From Candidatus Hadarchaeota archaeon (GTDB taxonomy: Archaea; Hadarchaeota; Hadarchaeia; Hadarchaeales; Hadarchaeaceae), in NCBI GenBank assembly GCA_040757795.1, contig JBFLWG010000003.1:1-41157 (forward strand): a stretch of 41,157 nt of DNA, in the 5' to 3' direction. This document shows, one piece after another, positions 10,073 to 18,261 of the stretch (within the stretch, counting starts at the first letter, position 1; every line of letters starts with the position of its first letter). The notes below the pieces were generated by a model, which ran no database searches, was not told the origin of the DNA, and saw only the letters and a program-made list of their open reading frames with translations. Both the position numbers and the translations under genes were made by a program.

Positions 10073-11051
10073 GCTGAAGCCCTTCTTTGAACTCTCCCTT
10101 TTCCAAACGGCTGTACCAGCCGCGCTCGACCGGTTCATTGGCGTGTAATTCCCGACGGCGCGCCTCAAGAAGCTGGGGTTCATGCCCGACCAGCTCCGAC
10201 GCCGTGGAGAGCCTGTGCCCCTTTTTCTCGGCTTCCGACGCCGCCGGCTTCAGGAAATCCAGATAGTCTAGAGACCTCAATAGGTGGTGATCGACTACAA
10301 CCAGAGGGACCCTGCTCACGAGCTCTTTTATGTTTTCTAGAGCCCTGGCCATGTCCCCCGGCTCGACCCTGAACCCTTGCAGGTACAGCGGGGGGCCGCC
10401 AAGTATGACTGCGCTGGGGTTCTCGTTCAAAATCAACTGCAAAGTTCCCCTCTCGATTGGGCCTTGTACATCCGAGGCGTGAACAAGAACCGCGTCCTCT
10501 GTTTTAACCGACAACATCAGCACATAACCTATCTCGGCGCCTTCAGGGCCGTGGGAAACCGGCTTTGAGAACTCCAGCCTTGTCCCCCCAAACTCGAATT
10601 TTTGCCCGTCGGCGGACTTCATGTCCGCGATCCTGGAGTTCAGCTTCCAGAACATGTAGCCTCTCTTTCTCTGGCTCGGGTTTATGTTCGAGGAGGTGTC
10701 CTTCGCCATTATCATCTTGCCCCTGTACAGCCTTTCGGCCATCTCTGGAGAACTCCATACCAGCCCCCAATCCTCGAAGTTTGGCGTGTAATGGTCGAAG
10801 TGGTAGTGGCTCACAGTGATAACATCGGCCCTGCGGCCCGCTTCCTGAATCCTTTGCTTGGCTCGCACCAATGCGAGGTACTCCTTGGGGTGCGGAGCCA
10901 GGCTGAACCTCTGGCCGAGGGCCGCCCCTGGGTCCACGAGGATTTTTACATCGTCGGTCTCCACAAAAGTGGCCATGCTCCTCGCACCGAAGCTCTCGAA
11001 CGCCAAAGGTGTGGCCCTTATCCCCCCGCCGCCTACAGGAACCGGCTCCAT
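10041..11051 (-). CDS. UPF0282-like metallo-beta-lactamase-fold protein
   Basis: ESFGARSMAT, DPG, SHYHFDH, HG, ASDVQGP, DHHLLR. Confidence 0.88.
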   Translation of the reverse strand: MEPVPVGGGGIRATPLAFESFGARSMATFVETDDVKILVDPGAALGQRFSLAPHPKEYLALVRAKQRIQEAGRRADVITVSHYHFDHYTPNFEDWGLVWSSPEMAERLYRGKMIMAKDTSSNINPSQRKRGYMFWKLNSRIADMKSADGQKFEFGGTRLEFSKPVSHGPEGAEIGYVLMLSVKTEDAVLVHASDVQGPIERGTLQLILNENPSAVILGGPPLYLQGFRVEPGDMARALENIKELVSRVPLVVVDHHLLRSLDYLDFLKPAASEAEKKGHRLSTASELVGHEPQLLEARRRELHANEPVERGWYSRLEKGEFKEGLQLTSAQERPSP

Positions 11052-11107
11052 TTCACCAAAAACACTTCTCGCGCACCCTTAAATTCAGGCGAATCAACCC
11101 CTAAACA

Positions 11108-11842
11108 ATGCCGATAAACCTGAACTATTTGGGCAAGCCGAAGCTGAAAAATCCCGCGATGGTCGCTGGCCTCCCCGGCATAGCGAACGTTGGGAAGGTG
11201 GCTGCCGAGTTTCTCATCCATGACCTGGGGGCGCAGAAGTTCTTGGAGCTTACTTCTGAACACTTCCCGGAGTGGGCTCTTCCCGACAAGGGGGGGATCA
11301 GGGCGATGAAAATGGAGTTCTTCCATGCGAGGCCGGAGGGGACGAAAAACGACCTTGTCATAATGACGGCCGACGCCCAAGCTGCCACCCCGAAGGGCCA
11401 GTACATGCTGACTGAGGAAATCCTTGGGCTCGCGGAAGAGCATGGGATAAAGACGGTCGCAACTATGGCCGCTTACGTCATCTCTCCCGAGGAAACTAGA
11501 AAGAAACTCGTTCTCGGCGCCGCATCAAACCAAAAGATGGTCGATCTCCTTAAAAAAAAGGGAGTCGAAATACTGACAAATGGGATGATAGTGGGGATGA
11601 ACGGGATGCTTCCTGGGTTTGCGGCTTTGAGGGGGATGGACGGCTTTTGTCTTTTAGGTGTGACAGACGGCGGGATTGTTGACCCAAAAGCTTCTGCAGA
11701 GGTGGTGCAGGCGATGGCCTCCATCTTCGATTTCAAGGTAGACACAAGCGACTTGGAAATGCACGCTGCTGTGGCCGCCAAAATAAAGCCTCCGGAAGTC
11801 AGGGGGGCTGAGGCTGAAGAGGAACTGAGCTATATCCGCTAG
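11108..11842 (+). CDS. PAC2-family proteasome assembly chaperone homolog
   Basis: GLPGIANVGK, IVGMNGML, VDPKAS, C-terminal LSYIR. Confidence 0.88.
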   Translation: MPINLNYLGKPKLKNPAMVAGLPGIANVGKVAAEFLIHDLGAQKFLELTSEHFPEWALPDKGGIRAMKMEFFHARPEGTKNDLVIMTADAQAATPKGQYMLTEEILGLAEEHGIKTVATMAAYVISPEETRKKLVLGAASNQKMVDLLKKKGVEILTNGMIVGMNGMLPGFAALRGMDGFCLLGVTDGGIVDPKASAEVVQAMASIFDFKVDTSDLEMHAAVAAKIKPPEVRGAEAEEELSYIR

Positions 11843-12578
11843 ACTTGCCGTGCCTGTAATGCCTGTAGAAGGCGGCGGCTGCCACGACCAAAATTACAAT
11901 TGCCGCTGTCGCCGCGAGCCCCAAATTTATCGGCTGATTCAGCTGCTCCGGCTGCATCTGAGGACTGATGCCGAGCGCTTGGGACCAAGAGTTGTACGTG
12001 TAAGATGCCGCCAAGTCCACGCCTTCGCTGACTATATTTGGGTCGCGAGTGCTCTGCCAGCTCTGCCACTTGGCTGAGGCTCCATTGTAGTACTCTGCCA
12101 GTTTCTGCTCAAGATTGAAGCCTGCGATACCCCAGGGTTCTGCTGGGTAGAACTGCTCCCCCTGAGCCTCGTAAACCTCGTGCAGGTTCGTCCAGTCTAT
12201 GTTGTGCACCAGCGTGACGGAATCAGAGATCAAGTGGGCAGCTATACCCAAATAGAGGGCGGCGTTCTCAAGGTCGTTTTCCAGGTATCTGTTCTCGGCC
12301 TGTTTGAGCCAGTTGTCCGCTTGGGCCCTTGATGCCGGCTGGATGTGCCCGGAACTGGGGAATGTCCGGCCTGAGGGGTCCGGAGTGGTGCGGTACCTGT
12401 CAGGCCAAACGGCACCTTCCTGGACAGTGGTATAACTCAAAAGAAGCCTCAGGTTGTCCGGAAGCTTTTGATGGGCTGCCTCGGCAATATCCTGATGGGT
12501 CTTGCCGTTCCAGGCTTGGGCGCCTCTTGCCGTCGCCAGCAGCAGGAGCACGCAGAACGCTAGGCAGGCTCCTCTCAT
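11799..12578 (-). CDS. Secreted, membrane-anchored zinc-dependent phospholipase C / S1-P1 nuclease superfamily protein
   Basis: Signal peptide AQA|WNGKTH; WPD, H, HLISD...H, HEVYE; C-terminal TM; start reassigned to ATG 12578. Confidence 0.8.
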   Translation of the reverse strand: MRGACLAFCVLLLLATARGAQAWNGKTHQDIAEAAHQKLPDNLRLLLSYTTVQEGAVWPDRYRTTPDPSGRTFPSSGHIQPASRAQADNWLKQAENRYLENDLENAALYLGIAAHLISDSVTLVHNIDWTNLHEVYEAQGEQFYPAEPWGIAGFNLEQKLAEYYNGASAKWQSWQSTRDPNIVSEGVDLAASYTYNSWSQALGISPQMQPEQLNQPINLGLAATAAIVILVVAAAAFYRHYRHGKSSGYSSVPLQPQPP

Positions 12579-12678
12579 CAAGTGTTTGTGGAAGGCGGGG
12601 CAAAAATGCGTTGCGAAAGCCTCGAAAGGAGGCTCCGCAAGTCTCAAAAGGAACCGTATGAAGAAAAATTGTGTCTGC

Positions 12679-13821
12679 ATGTCAGAGATGTCCAAGAATG
12701 AGATGAAAAATATCGCGGCGAGATTCGTCAAGCACTCAATGAAGATAGGAAAAAAAGGAGGGCGCTACGAGGCCGTCAGGATAGTATACAACAGGACCGA
12801 CCCCAGTTGCGAGATGTTCGCCCAGAAAGTCGAGGAGGAGTGCTGGAAGGCCGGGGCCCACACCCTTTTCTTTGGCTATTCATCGGAAAGGCAGAGGATG
12901 GGCTACCTGCTGAAGCCAGACGCCTCGCTGAAGGAGATGGGGCCCTTTGCCGAGGCTGTCGCCAGGCGGGCCGATGCATCCATTTTCATCGGAGAGGAGG
13001 ACGACCCCAACTGGGCAAGGGGGCTGGCCTCAAAAGTCAAGCTTGCGGCGTCGGTCAGGCTGAAGATCAGGGACATAATGGACAGGAGAAAGACGCGGTG
13101 GGCATTGTTCGGGTGGCCTGTGCCGGGTGCCGCAAACGCTTACGGGATCCCGGTCGGGCGCTTCAGGAAGATATTTTTCAGGAGCATACGGCAAACATTC
13201 GGCCGCGAGCTTTCTAGGCTCTGCAGGATTTACTCAGAAGCATTGACGGGTGGGGATATCGTGAGGATAGTGGATGACGACGGCACCGACCTGAGCTTCA
13301 GCATCAGAGGGCGGCCAGTGTTGAAGGACGATGGTGTAATTTCAGAGGAGGACATCAGGAGGGGGGACGTCGGGCTAAATATTCCCGCGGGGGAGGTCTT
13401 CATGGCGCCGATTGAAACTTCCGCGAATGGCAAGATCAAGTTTGAAAAGGTGTCCATCCCGGGCTTCGGCAAACTGGAAGGGCTTGAGATAGACTTCAAA
13501 AACGGAAAATTGGAGGATTACTGCGCTGAGGCGGGCGAGAAAAACCTGACGAATTTTCTGAACGCTAACGTCGGGGAGAAGGACCGCATAGCGGAGTTTG
13601 GAATAGGGACGAACAAAGGGGCTGAGTACACCGGCGGCAGCATAATAATCGATGAAAAGATATTTGGCACCATCCACATCGCGATCGGGAACAACAGAGG
13701 CGCCTACCACGGTAGGAACAGGGCATCAAGCCACCTAGACATGATTAAAAACATGGCCCGTGGAGAAGTTATCGTGGACGGGAAGACCATCATGGAGAAA
13801 GGCAAACCAAGGAAGGGATAA
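12679..13821 (+). CDS. M29-family aminopeptidase
   Basis: NIPAGEVF, AEFGIGTN, DEKIFGTIHIAIG, SSHLD; start reassigned from 12502 to ATG 12679. Confidence 0.9.
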   Translation: MSEMSKNEMKNIAARFVKHSMKIGKKGGRYEAVRIVYNRTDPSCEMFAQKVEEECWKAGAHTLFFGYSSERQRMGYLLKPDASLKEMGPFAEAVARRADASIFIGEEDDPNWARGLASKVKLAASVRLKIRDIMDRRKTRWALFGWPVPGAANAYGIPVGRFRKIFFRSIRQTFGRELSRLCRIYSEALTGGDIVRIVDDDGTDLSFSIRGRPVLKDDGVISEEDIRRGDVGLNIPAGEVFMAPIETSANGKIKFEKVSIPGFGKLEGLEIDFKNGKLEDYCAEAGEKNLTNFLNANVGEKDRIAEFGIGTNKGAEYTGGSIIIDEKIFGTIHIAIGNNRGAYHGRNRASSHLDMIKNMARGEVIVDGKTIMEKGKPRKG

Positions 13822-13822
13822 C

Positions 13823-14032
13823 ATGGATCTGCAAACTTTTCTGTTCATCTTGGAGCTTCTGGTGCTGTTTATTGAGGTTACAATTCTGGTGATAATACTT
13901 CACGCGCATTACCGCAAATTGGACGAACATGACCAGGCGCTGAAAAATCACGTGAAAGAACTGAGGAAACATTCGGCCGAACTTGAAAAACACGCACAAC
14001 TCATGAAAAAATCAAGGAAGAGTGCACATTGA
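13823..14032 (+). CDS. Small single-TM coiled-coil protein with His heptads
   Basis: ATG 1 nt after the aminopeptidase stop; TM followed by HxxxLxx repeats. Confidence 0.7.
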   Translation: MDLQTFLFILELLVLFIEVTILVIILHAHYRKLDEHDQALKNHVKELRKHSAELEKHAQLMKKSRKSAH

Positions 14033-14048
14033 AGCTGTGCCAGCAAAT

Positions 14049-15998
14049 CTAGCTGGGTCCCTTATAACCCACCTTTTTCTTCAGAACTTCGACCGACTCC
14101 GGGTTCAGCAGGGTGGTGGTGTCCCCTATCGGGTCGTTCGTCAACAGGGCTTTCAGAATGCGCCTCATGATCTTCCCGCTCCTGGTCTTCGGCAGCTCAT
14201 CAACTATGAAAACCTGCTCCGGCCTAGCGATTGGCCCCATGACCTTGCCAACGTGGGCCACGAGTTCCTTTGCGAGAGCCTCGGACGGCTTGACCCCCTG
14301 CTTCAGGATGACATATGCCATGGGGGTCTCCCCCTTTATCGGGTGTGGCTTGGGTATCACGGCGCTCTCTGAAACTGCGTCATGCCTGTTCATGGCGTCC
14401 TCGAGCTCGGCCGTGGAGAGCCTGTGTCCCGCCACCTTCATCACGTCGTCAACCCTTCCTGTGACCCTTATACACCCGTAAGAGACTCTCCTTGCGCCAT
14501 CCCCGGTGAAGTAAAAGCGGTTGTTGTACTTGCCCCAGTAGGTCTGGCGGTACTTGTCATCTGCCTTGTAGAGTCCTCTGAGCATCCCCGGCGCAACTGG
14601 AGGTATCTGGACGAGATAACCTGCGGGTGCCGGCTTACCATCCTCGTCCACCACTTCCGCTTTTGTGCCTGGGAAGCTCCTCCCGGAGACTGTTGGTATG
14701 AAAGGACCTATGCCAGGCAGGCTCATCATCAATGTGCCTCCCGTCTCTGTCTGCCACCAAGTATCAGTTATCAGGCACCTCCCGCCGCCGATGTTGTTGA
14801 AGTACCACAGCCAAGCCTCCTGGTCTATCGGCTCGCCAACGGTCCCAAGCAGGCGAATTGTGCTCAGGTCATGCTTCTTTGGCCACTCCACTCCCAGCTG
14901 CACGAACATCCTTATGGCGGTCGGTGCGGTGTAGAAAACCGTGACTTTATTTTTCTCAACTATGTCCCACCAGCGGTCTGGGGCCGGGAAGTCTGGGGAG
15001 CCTTCGTAGACGAGCATGCTGATGCCGTTGAGCAGCGGCCCGTAACAAGCGTATGAGTGCCCGGTGACCCATCCTATGTCGGAGGTACACCAGAAGAGGT
15101 CATCGTCATGCAGGTCAAATACCCATTTTGCCGTCCAGTATACTTGTGTGGCATAGCCGCCCGTAGTGTGGATGACACCCTTCGGCCTTCCTGTCGTGCC
15201 GGATGTGTACAACAAGAACAGCATGTCCTCGGCATCCATCACCTCGGGCTCGCAGGTCGGCCCAGCCTTTTTCACGAGCTCGTGCCACCAGAGGTCGCGC
15301 CCTTCCACCATTTTGACATCGTTGCCGGCGCGCTTCACCACCACCACCTTCTCGACGCTCGTTCCCTTGATCCCTTCGTCGGCGTTTGCCTTGAGGTTCA
15401 CCATCTTTCCGCGACGGTAGTAACCGTCGGATGTGACGAGGACCTTCGCCCCTGCGTCCTCTAGCCTAACGCGGAGGGAGTCGCTGCTGAAGGCCGAAAA
15501 CACGACGCTGTGAACGGCACCGATCCTAGCGCACGCCAGCATGGCAATCTGCCCCTCAGGGATTAGCGGGAGGTAGATTCCGACTCTGTCGCCTTTCTTC
15601 ACGCCCAAGCTCTTCAAAACATTTGCGAAGCGGTTTACCTGGTCGTACAGCTCATTGTAAGTGATTTTTCTCGTGCTTTCCTCAACCGGCTCCGGGACCC
15701 AAAGTATTGCTGTCTTGTCTCCTTTCCCGGCCTTGATGTGGCGGTCAACAGCATTGTAACAAACGTTGAGCTTCCCGCCCACGAACCATTTGAAGTAGGG
15801 GAGGTTCTCCTCGTAGGTCTTGTCCCACTTCTTGAACCACTCGAGCCCCTCAGCTGCGAGTTTCCCCCAGAAGGCCACCGGGTCCTTTGCGGCCGTGTCG
15901 TAAATTGAGGAGTCGCTTACCCAGGCCCGGCGCTTCATGTCCTCCGACGGCCACCAAACGTTTTTCTCTTTCGTATCTTCTACAATCCATTTCTGCAC
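14049..15998 (-). CDS. acs: AMP-forming acetyl-CoA synthetase
   Basis: YTSGTTGRPKG, DIGWVTGHSY, VGEPI, DTWWQTETGG, GRVDDV, PKTRSGKIMRR; GAGGT before the GTG start. Confidence 0.95.
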   Translation of the reverse strand: MQKWIVEDTKEKNVWWPSEDMKRRAWVSDSSIYDTAAKDPVAFWGKLAAEGLEWFKKWDKTYEENLPYFKWFVGGKLNVCYNAVDRHIKAGKGDKTAILWVPEPVEESTRKITYNELYDQVNRFANVLKSLGVKKGDRVGIYLPLIPEGQIAMLACARIGAVHSVVFSAFSSDSLRVRLEDAGAKVLVTSDGYYRRGKMVNLKANADEGIKGTSVEKVVVVKRAGNDVKMVEGRDLWWHELVKKAGPTCEPEVMDAEDMLFLLYTSGTTGRPKGVIHTTGGYATQVYWTAKWVFDLHDDDLFWCTSDIGWVTGHSYACYGPLLNGISMLVYEGSPDFPAPDRWWDIVEKNKVTVFYTAPTAIRMFVQLGVEWPKKHDLSTIRLLGTVGEPIDQEAWLWYFNNIGGGRCLITDTWWQTETGGTLMMSLPGIGPFIPTVSGRSFPGTKAEVVDEDGKPAPAGYLVQIPPVAPGMLRGLYKADDKYRQTYWGKYNNRFYFTGDGARRVSYGCIRVTGRVDDVMKVAGHRLSTAELEDAMNRHDAVSESAVIPKPHPIKGETPMAYVILKQGVKPSEALAKELVAHVGKVMGPIARPEQVFIVDELPKTRSGKIMRRILKALLTNDPIGDTTTLLNPESVEVLKKKVGYKGPS

Positions 15999-16122
15999 AA
16001 AATGACCTCTTTTTTCAAGCTTTTTTCTGCCTCCAAATATCTTTTTTTAGGGTATTAATCCCTTTTGACTGATTCCCGGATAATTATTTAAAACCAGTGA
16101 ATGAGGGAGTCATGGCGATTAG

Positions 16123-17265
16123 ATGGATGTCGGGATTGTTTCGTATGGCCACACAAAATATGGTGTGCTGAAGGAGGACACTCCCGAGCTCATACAGGCG
16201 GGGGTAGACCAATGCATAGCCAATGTCGACAAAGGCATTGACAGGAAGGAAATAGGGCTTGTCATCGCGAGCTGTGTGGACAACCAGTTCTCAAACCAGC
16301 ACCAGACTGGAACATTGGCTTGGAGATATTTGAAAAATCCTGACGCTGAGGGGTTCAGGGTCGAGGCTGGCTGCTCTAGCGGCAGCGTGGCAATATATCA
16401 GGCTTGGAAGATGATTCAAGCAGGGTATGTGAAGAACGCGCTTGTTGTCGGCTTTGAGAAGATGAGCCGACTTTCAACCGAAGCGGCGACTGCGGCGCTC
16501 TGCAGGGGTGGCTCCCCCGAAGAGATAAAACTCGGGATACCGCAGCCCGCCTGTTATGCTTTGATGGCGCAGCTTTACATGCAGAAGTCCGGGGCTACCG
16601 ACGAGGACTTTGCTCTGATATCTGTCAAGAACCACGACAATGCCCTGAAGAACCCATGGGCCCACCTGCACAAGAAGATCACCGTGGCGGACGTGGTGAA
16701 CTCGAGAATGATCGCTACCCCGATAAGGCTCTTCCACTGCTGCCCGATCAGCGACGGCGCAGCGTCTCTGATGCTGAGCGCGGAACCGAAAAAATACACT
16801 GACTCGCCGGTTTACATCAACATGGGCTGGGGCCACGACGGGATGGGGGTTTCTGAGAGGGCAGACCCAACTTTCATCAATGCTTCCAGAATAGCTGCTG
16901 ACAACGTTTACAAAGCTGCGAACATCGGGCCGAAACAGATACAAATCGCGGAGGTGCACGACGCGTTTACCCCGGTCGAACTCATGTGTTATGAAGCGCT
17001 TGGATTTGCAAAGAAGTACGAGGGGCCCAAGCTTGTGAGGGAAGGCGTGGTGATGCGAGAGGGGAAACTGCCGGTCAACGTGAGCGGAGGGCTCAAGGCC
17101 AAGGGCCATCCGGTTGGAGCGACCGGGGTTGGCAGCGTGGTCGAGGTCTTCTTGCAGCTCCGCGGGCAGGCGGGAGAGAAACAGGTGTCGGGCGTGGAAA
17201 CTGGGCTGGTGGAGCAGCACGGGGGAACTGGGTCCATTTCAGTGGTCTCCCTGCTGAGAAGGTGA
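16123..17265 (+). CDS. Archaeal/SCP2-type thiolase (acetyl-CoA acyltransferase)
   Basis: EAGCSSG, VVGFEKM, VKNH, CCPISDGAA, EVHDAF, KGHPVGATG. Confidence 0.92.
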   Translation: MDVGIVSYGHTKYGVLKEDTPELIQAGVDQCIANVDKGIDRKEIGLVIASCVDNQFSNQHQTGTLAWRYLKNPDAEGFRVEAGCSSGSVAIYQAWKMIQAGYVKNALVVGFEKMSRLSTEAATAALCRGGSPEEIKLGIPQPACYALMAQLYMQKSGATDEDFALISVKNHDNALKNPWAHLHKKITVADVVNSRMIATPIRLFHCCPISDGAASLMLSAEPKKYTDSPVYINMGWGHDGMGVSERADPTFINASRIAADNVYKAANIGPKQIQIAEVHDAFTPVELMCYEALGFAKKYEGPKLVREGVVMREGKLPVNVSGGLKAKGHPVGATGVGSVVEVFLQLRGQAGEKQVSGVETGLVEQHGGTGSISVVSLLRR

Positions 17266-17269
17266 AAGA

Positions 17270-18229
17270 ATGCCGAAGCTCGTAGCATACTCAATAGTCC
17301 ACATACCTCCGCCGCCATTCAAGTCGACTTATGCCGGGGCGATAGTGGAGGACGAAGGGGGAAACAGGCTCCTCGCCAAGATAGAGAACAAATATTTCAA
17401 TGCCCTGAAAATAGGGCTGGAAGGAAAAATAGAAAGAAGGAAGACTGACTTTGGAGAGTTCGACTTTTTCATTCCCGAAACAAGGGAGAAAAAGGAAATC
17501 ACAAAGGTCGCGCTGGTCACAGGGTCCTGCAGGGGGATAGGCAAGGCGATAGCATTGGAGCTGGCCAGCAAGGGGTTCAACATTGTGGTAAACGACTTGG
17601 CGGTAGACGAGGACGCGCAAAAAACAGTTGATGAAATAAAAAGAATGGGGCGGGACTCGGTTTTCATCGGCGTGGATGTCTCAAAGTACGAGAGTGTCGA
17701 CAAGATGGTGAAAGAATCCGTGGAAAAATTGGGCAGGGTGGATGTTCTCGTGAATAACGCGGGAATAACCATCGACAAACTGCTTGTCAACATGGCCCCG
17801 GACCAGTGGCAAAAGGTCATAGACATAGACCTTACTGGGGTTTACAACTGCACGAGGGCGGTTCTTCCGTACATGATTCAACAGGGCGGTGGGAAGATAG
17901 TCAACGTAAGTTCAATGAGCGCCCTCGATGGGGCCGTGGGGCAGGCGAACTACGCCGCCGCAAAGGGGGGAATTATTTCCTTCACCAAGGTGATCGCAAG
18001 GGAGTATGCCCAATACAATGTTCTGTGTAACGCCATAGCGCCGGGATTCATAAAAACGAGGATGACCGACGCCATGCCTCCCGGGATGTTCAAGGACAGG
18101 TTGGCCAAAAACCTTCTTGGGCGACGTGGGGAGCCGGAGGAGGTGGCGAAGCTCGTGAGGTTCCTAGTGACTGAAGCAGATTACATAACTGGCCAAGTGA
18201 TAAACATTAACGCGGGCGAATACGTTTAA
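17270..18229 (+). CDS. Fusion of DUF35-type OB-fold and FabG/PhaB-like 3-oxoacyl reductase (SDR)
   Basis: First ~70 aa fit the DUF35 OB pattern (YSIVHIPPxxF...YAGAIVEDEGGNRLLA...LKIG); SDR motifs TGSCRGIG, NNAG, NYAAAK, APGFIKT. Confidence 0.85.
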   Translation: MPKLVAYSIVHIPPPPFKSTYAGAIVEDEGGNRLLAKIENKYFNALKIGLEGKIERRKTDFGEFDFFIPETREKKEITKVALVTGSCRGIGKAIALELASKGFNIVVNDLAVDEDAQKTVDEIKRMGRDSVFIGVDVSKYESVDKMVKESVEKLGRVDVLVNNAGITIDKLLVNMAPDQWQKVIDIDLTGVYNCTRAVLPYMIQQGGGKIVNVSSMSALDGAVGQANYAAAKGGIISFTKVIAREYAQYNVLCNAIAPGFIKTRMTDAMPPGMFKDRLAKNLLGRRGEPEEVAKLVRFLVTEADYITGQVININAGEYV

Positions 18230-18261
18230 AAAACGGCGGGAATGTAAGGTTTGGTGTAAAG

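Noticed and set aside
12611-12640. Possible archaeal SECIS element (GAA in a hairpin)
   Set aside because: No opposing A and no in-frame UGA selenoprotein candidate nearby
12502-12731. Head-to-head overlap of the aminopeptidase and PLC-like ORFs
   Set aside because: Artefact of longest-ORF starts; better starts at 12578 and 12679 leave a 100-bp gap
16123-18229. Mevalonate-pathway thiolase/DUF35/HMGCS cluster
   Set aside because: No HMG-CoA synthase in the window; the DUF35-like domain is fused to an SDR
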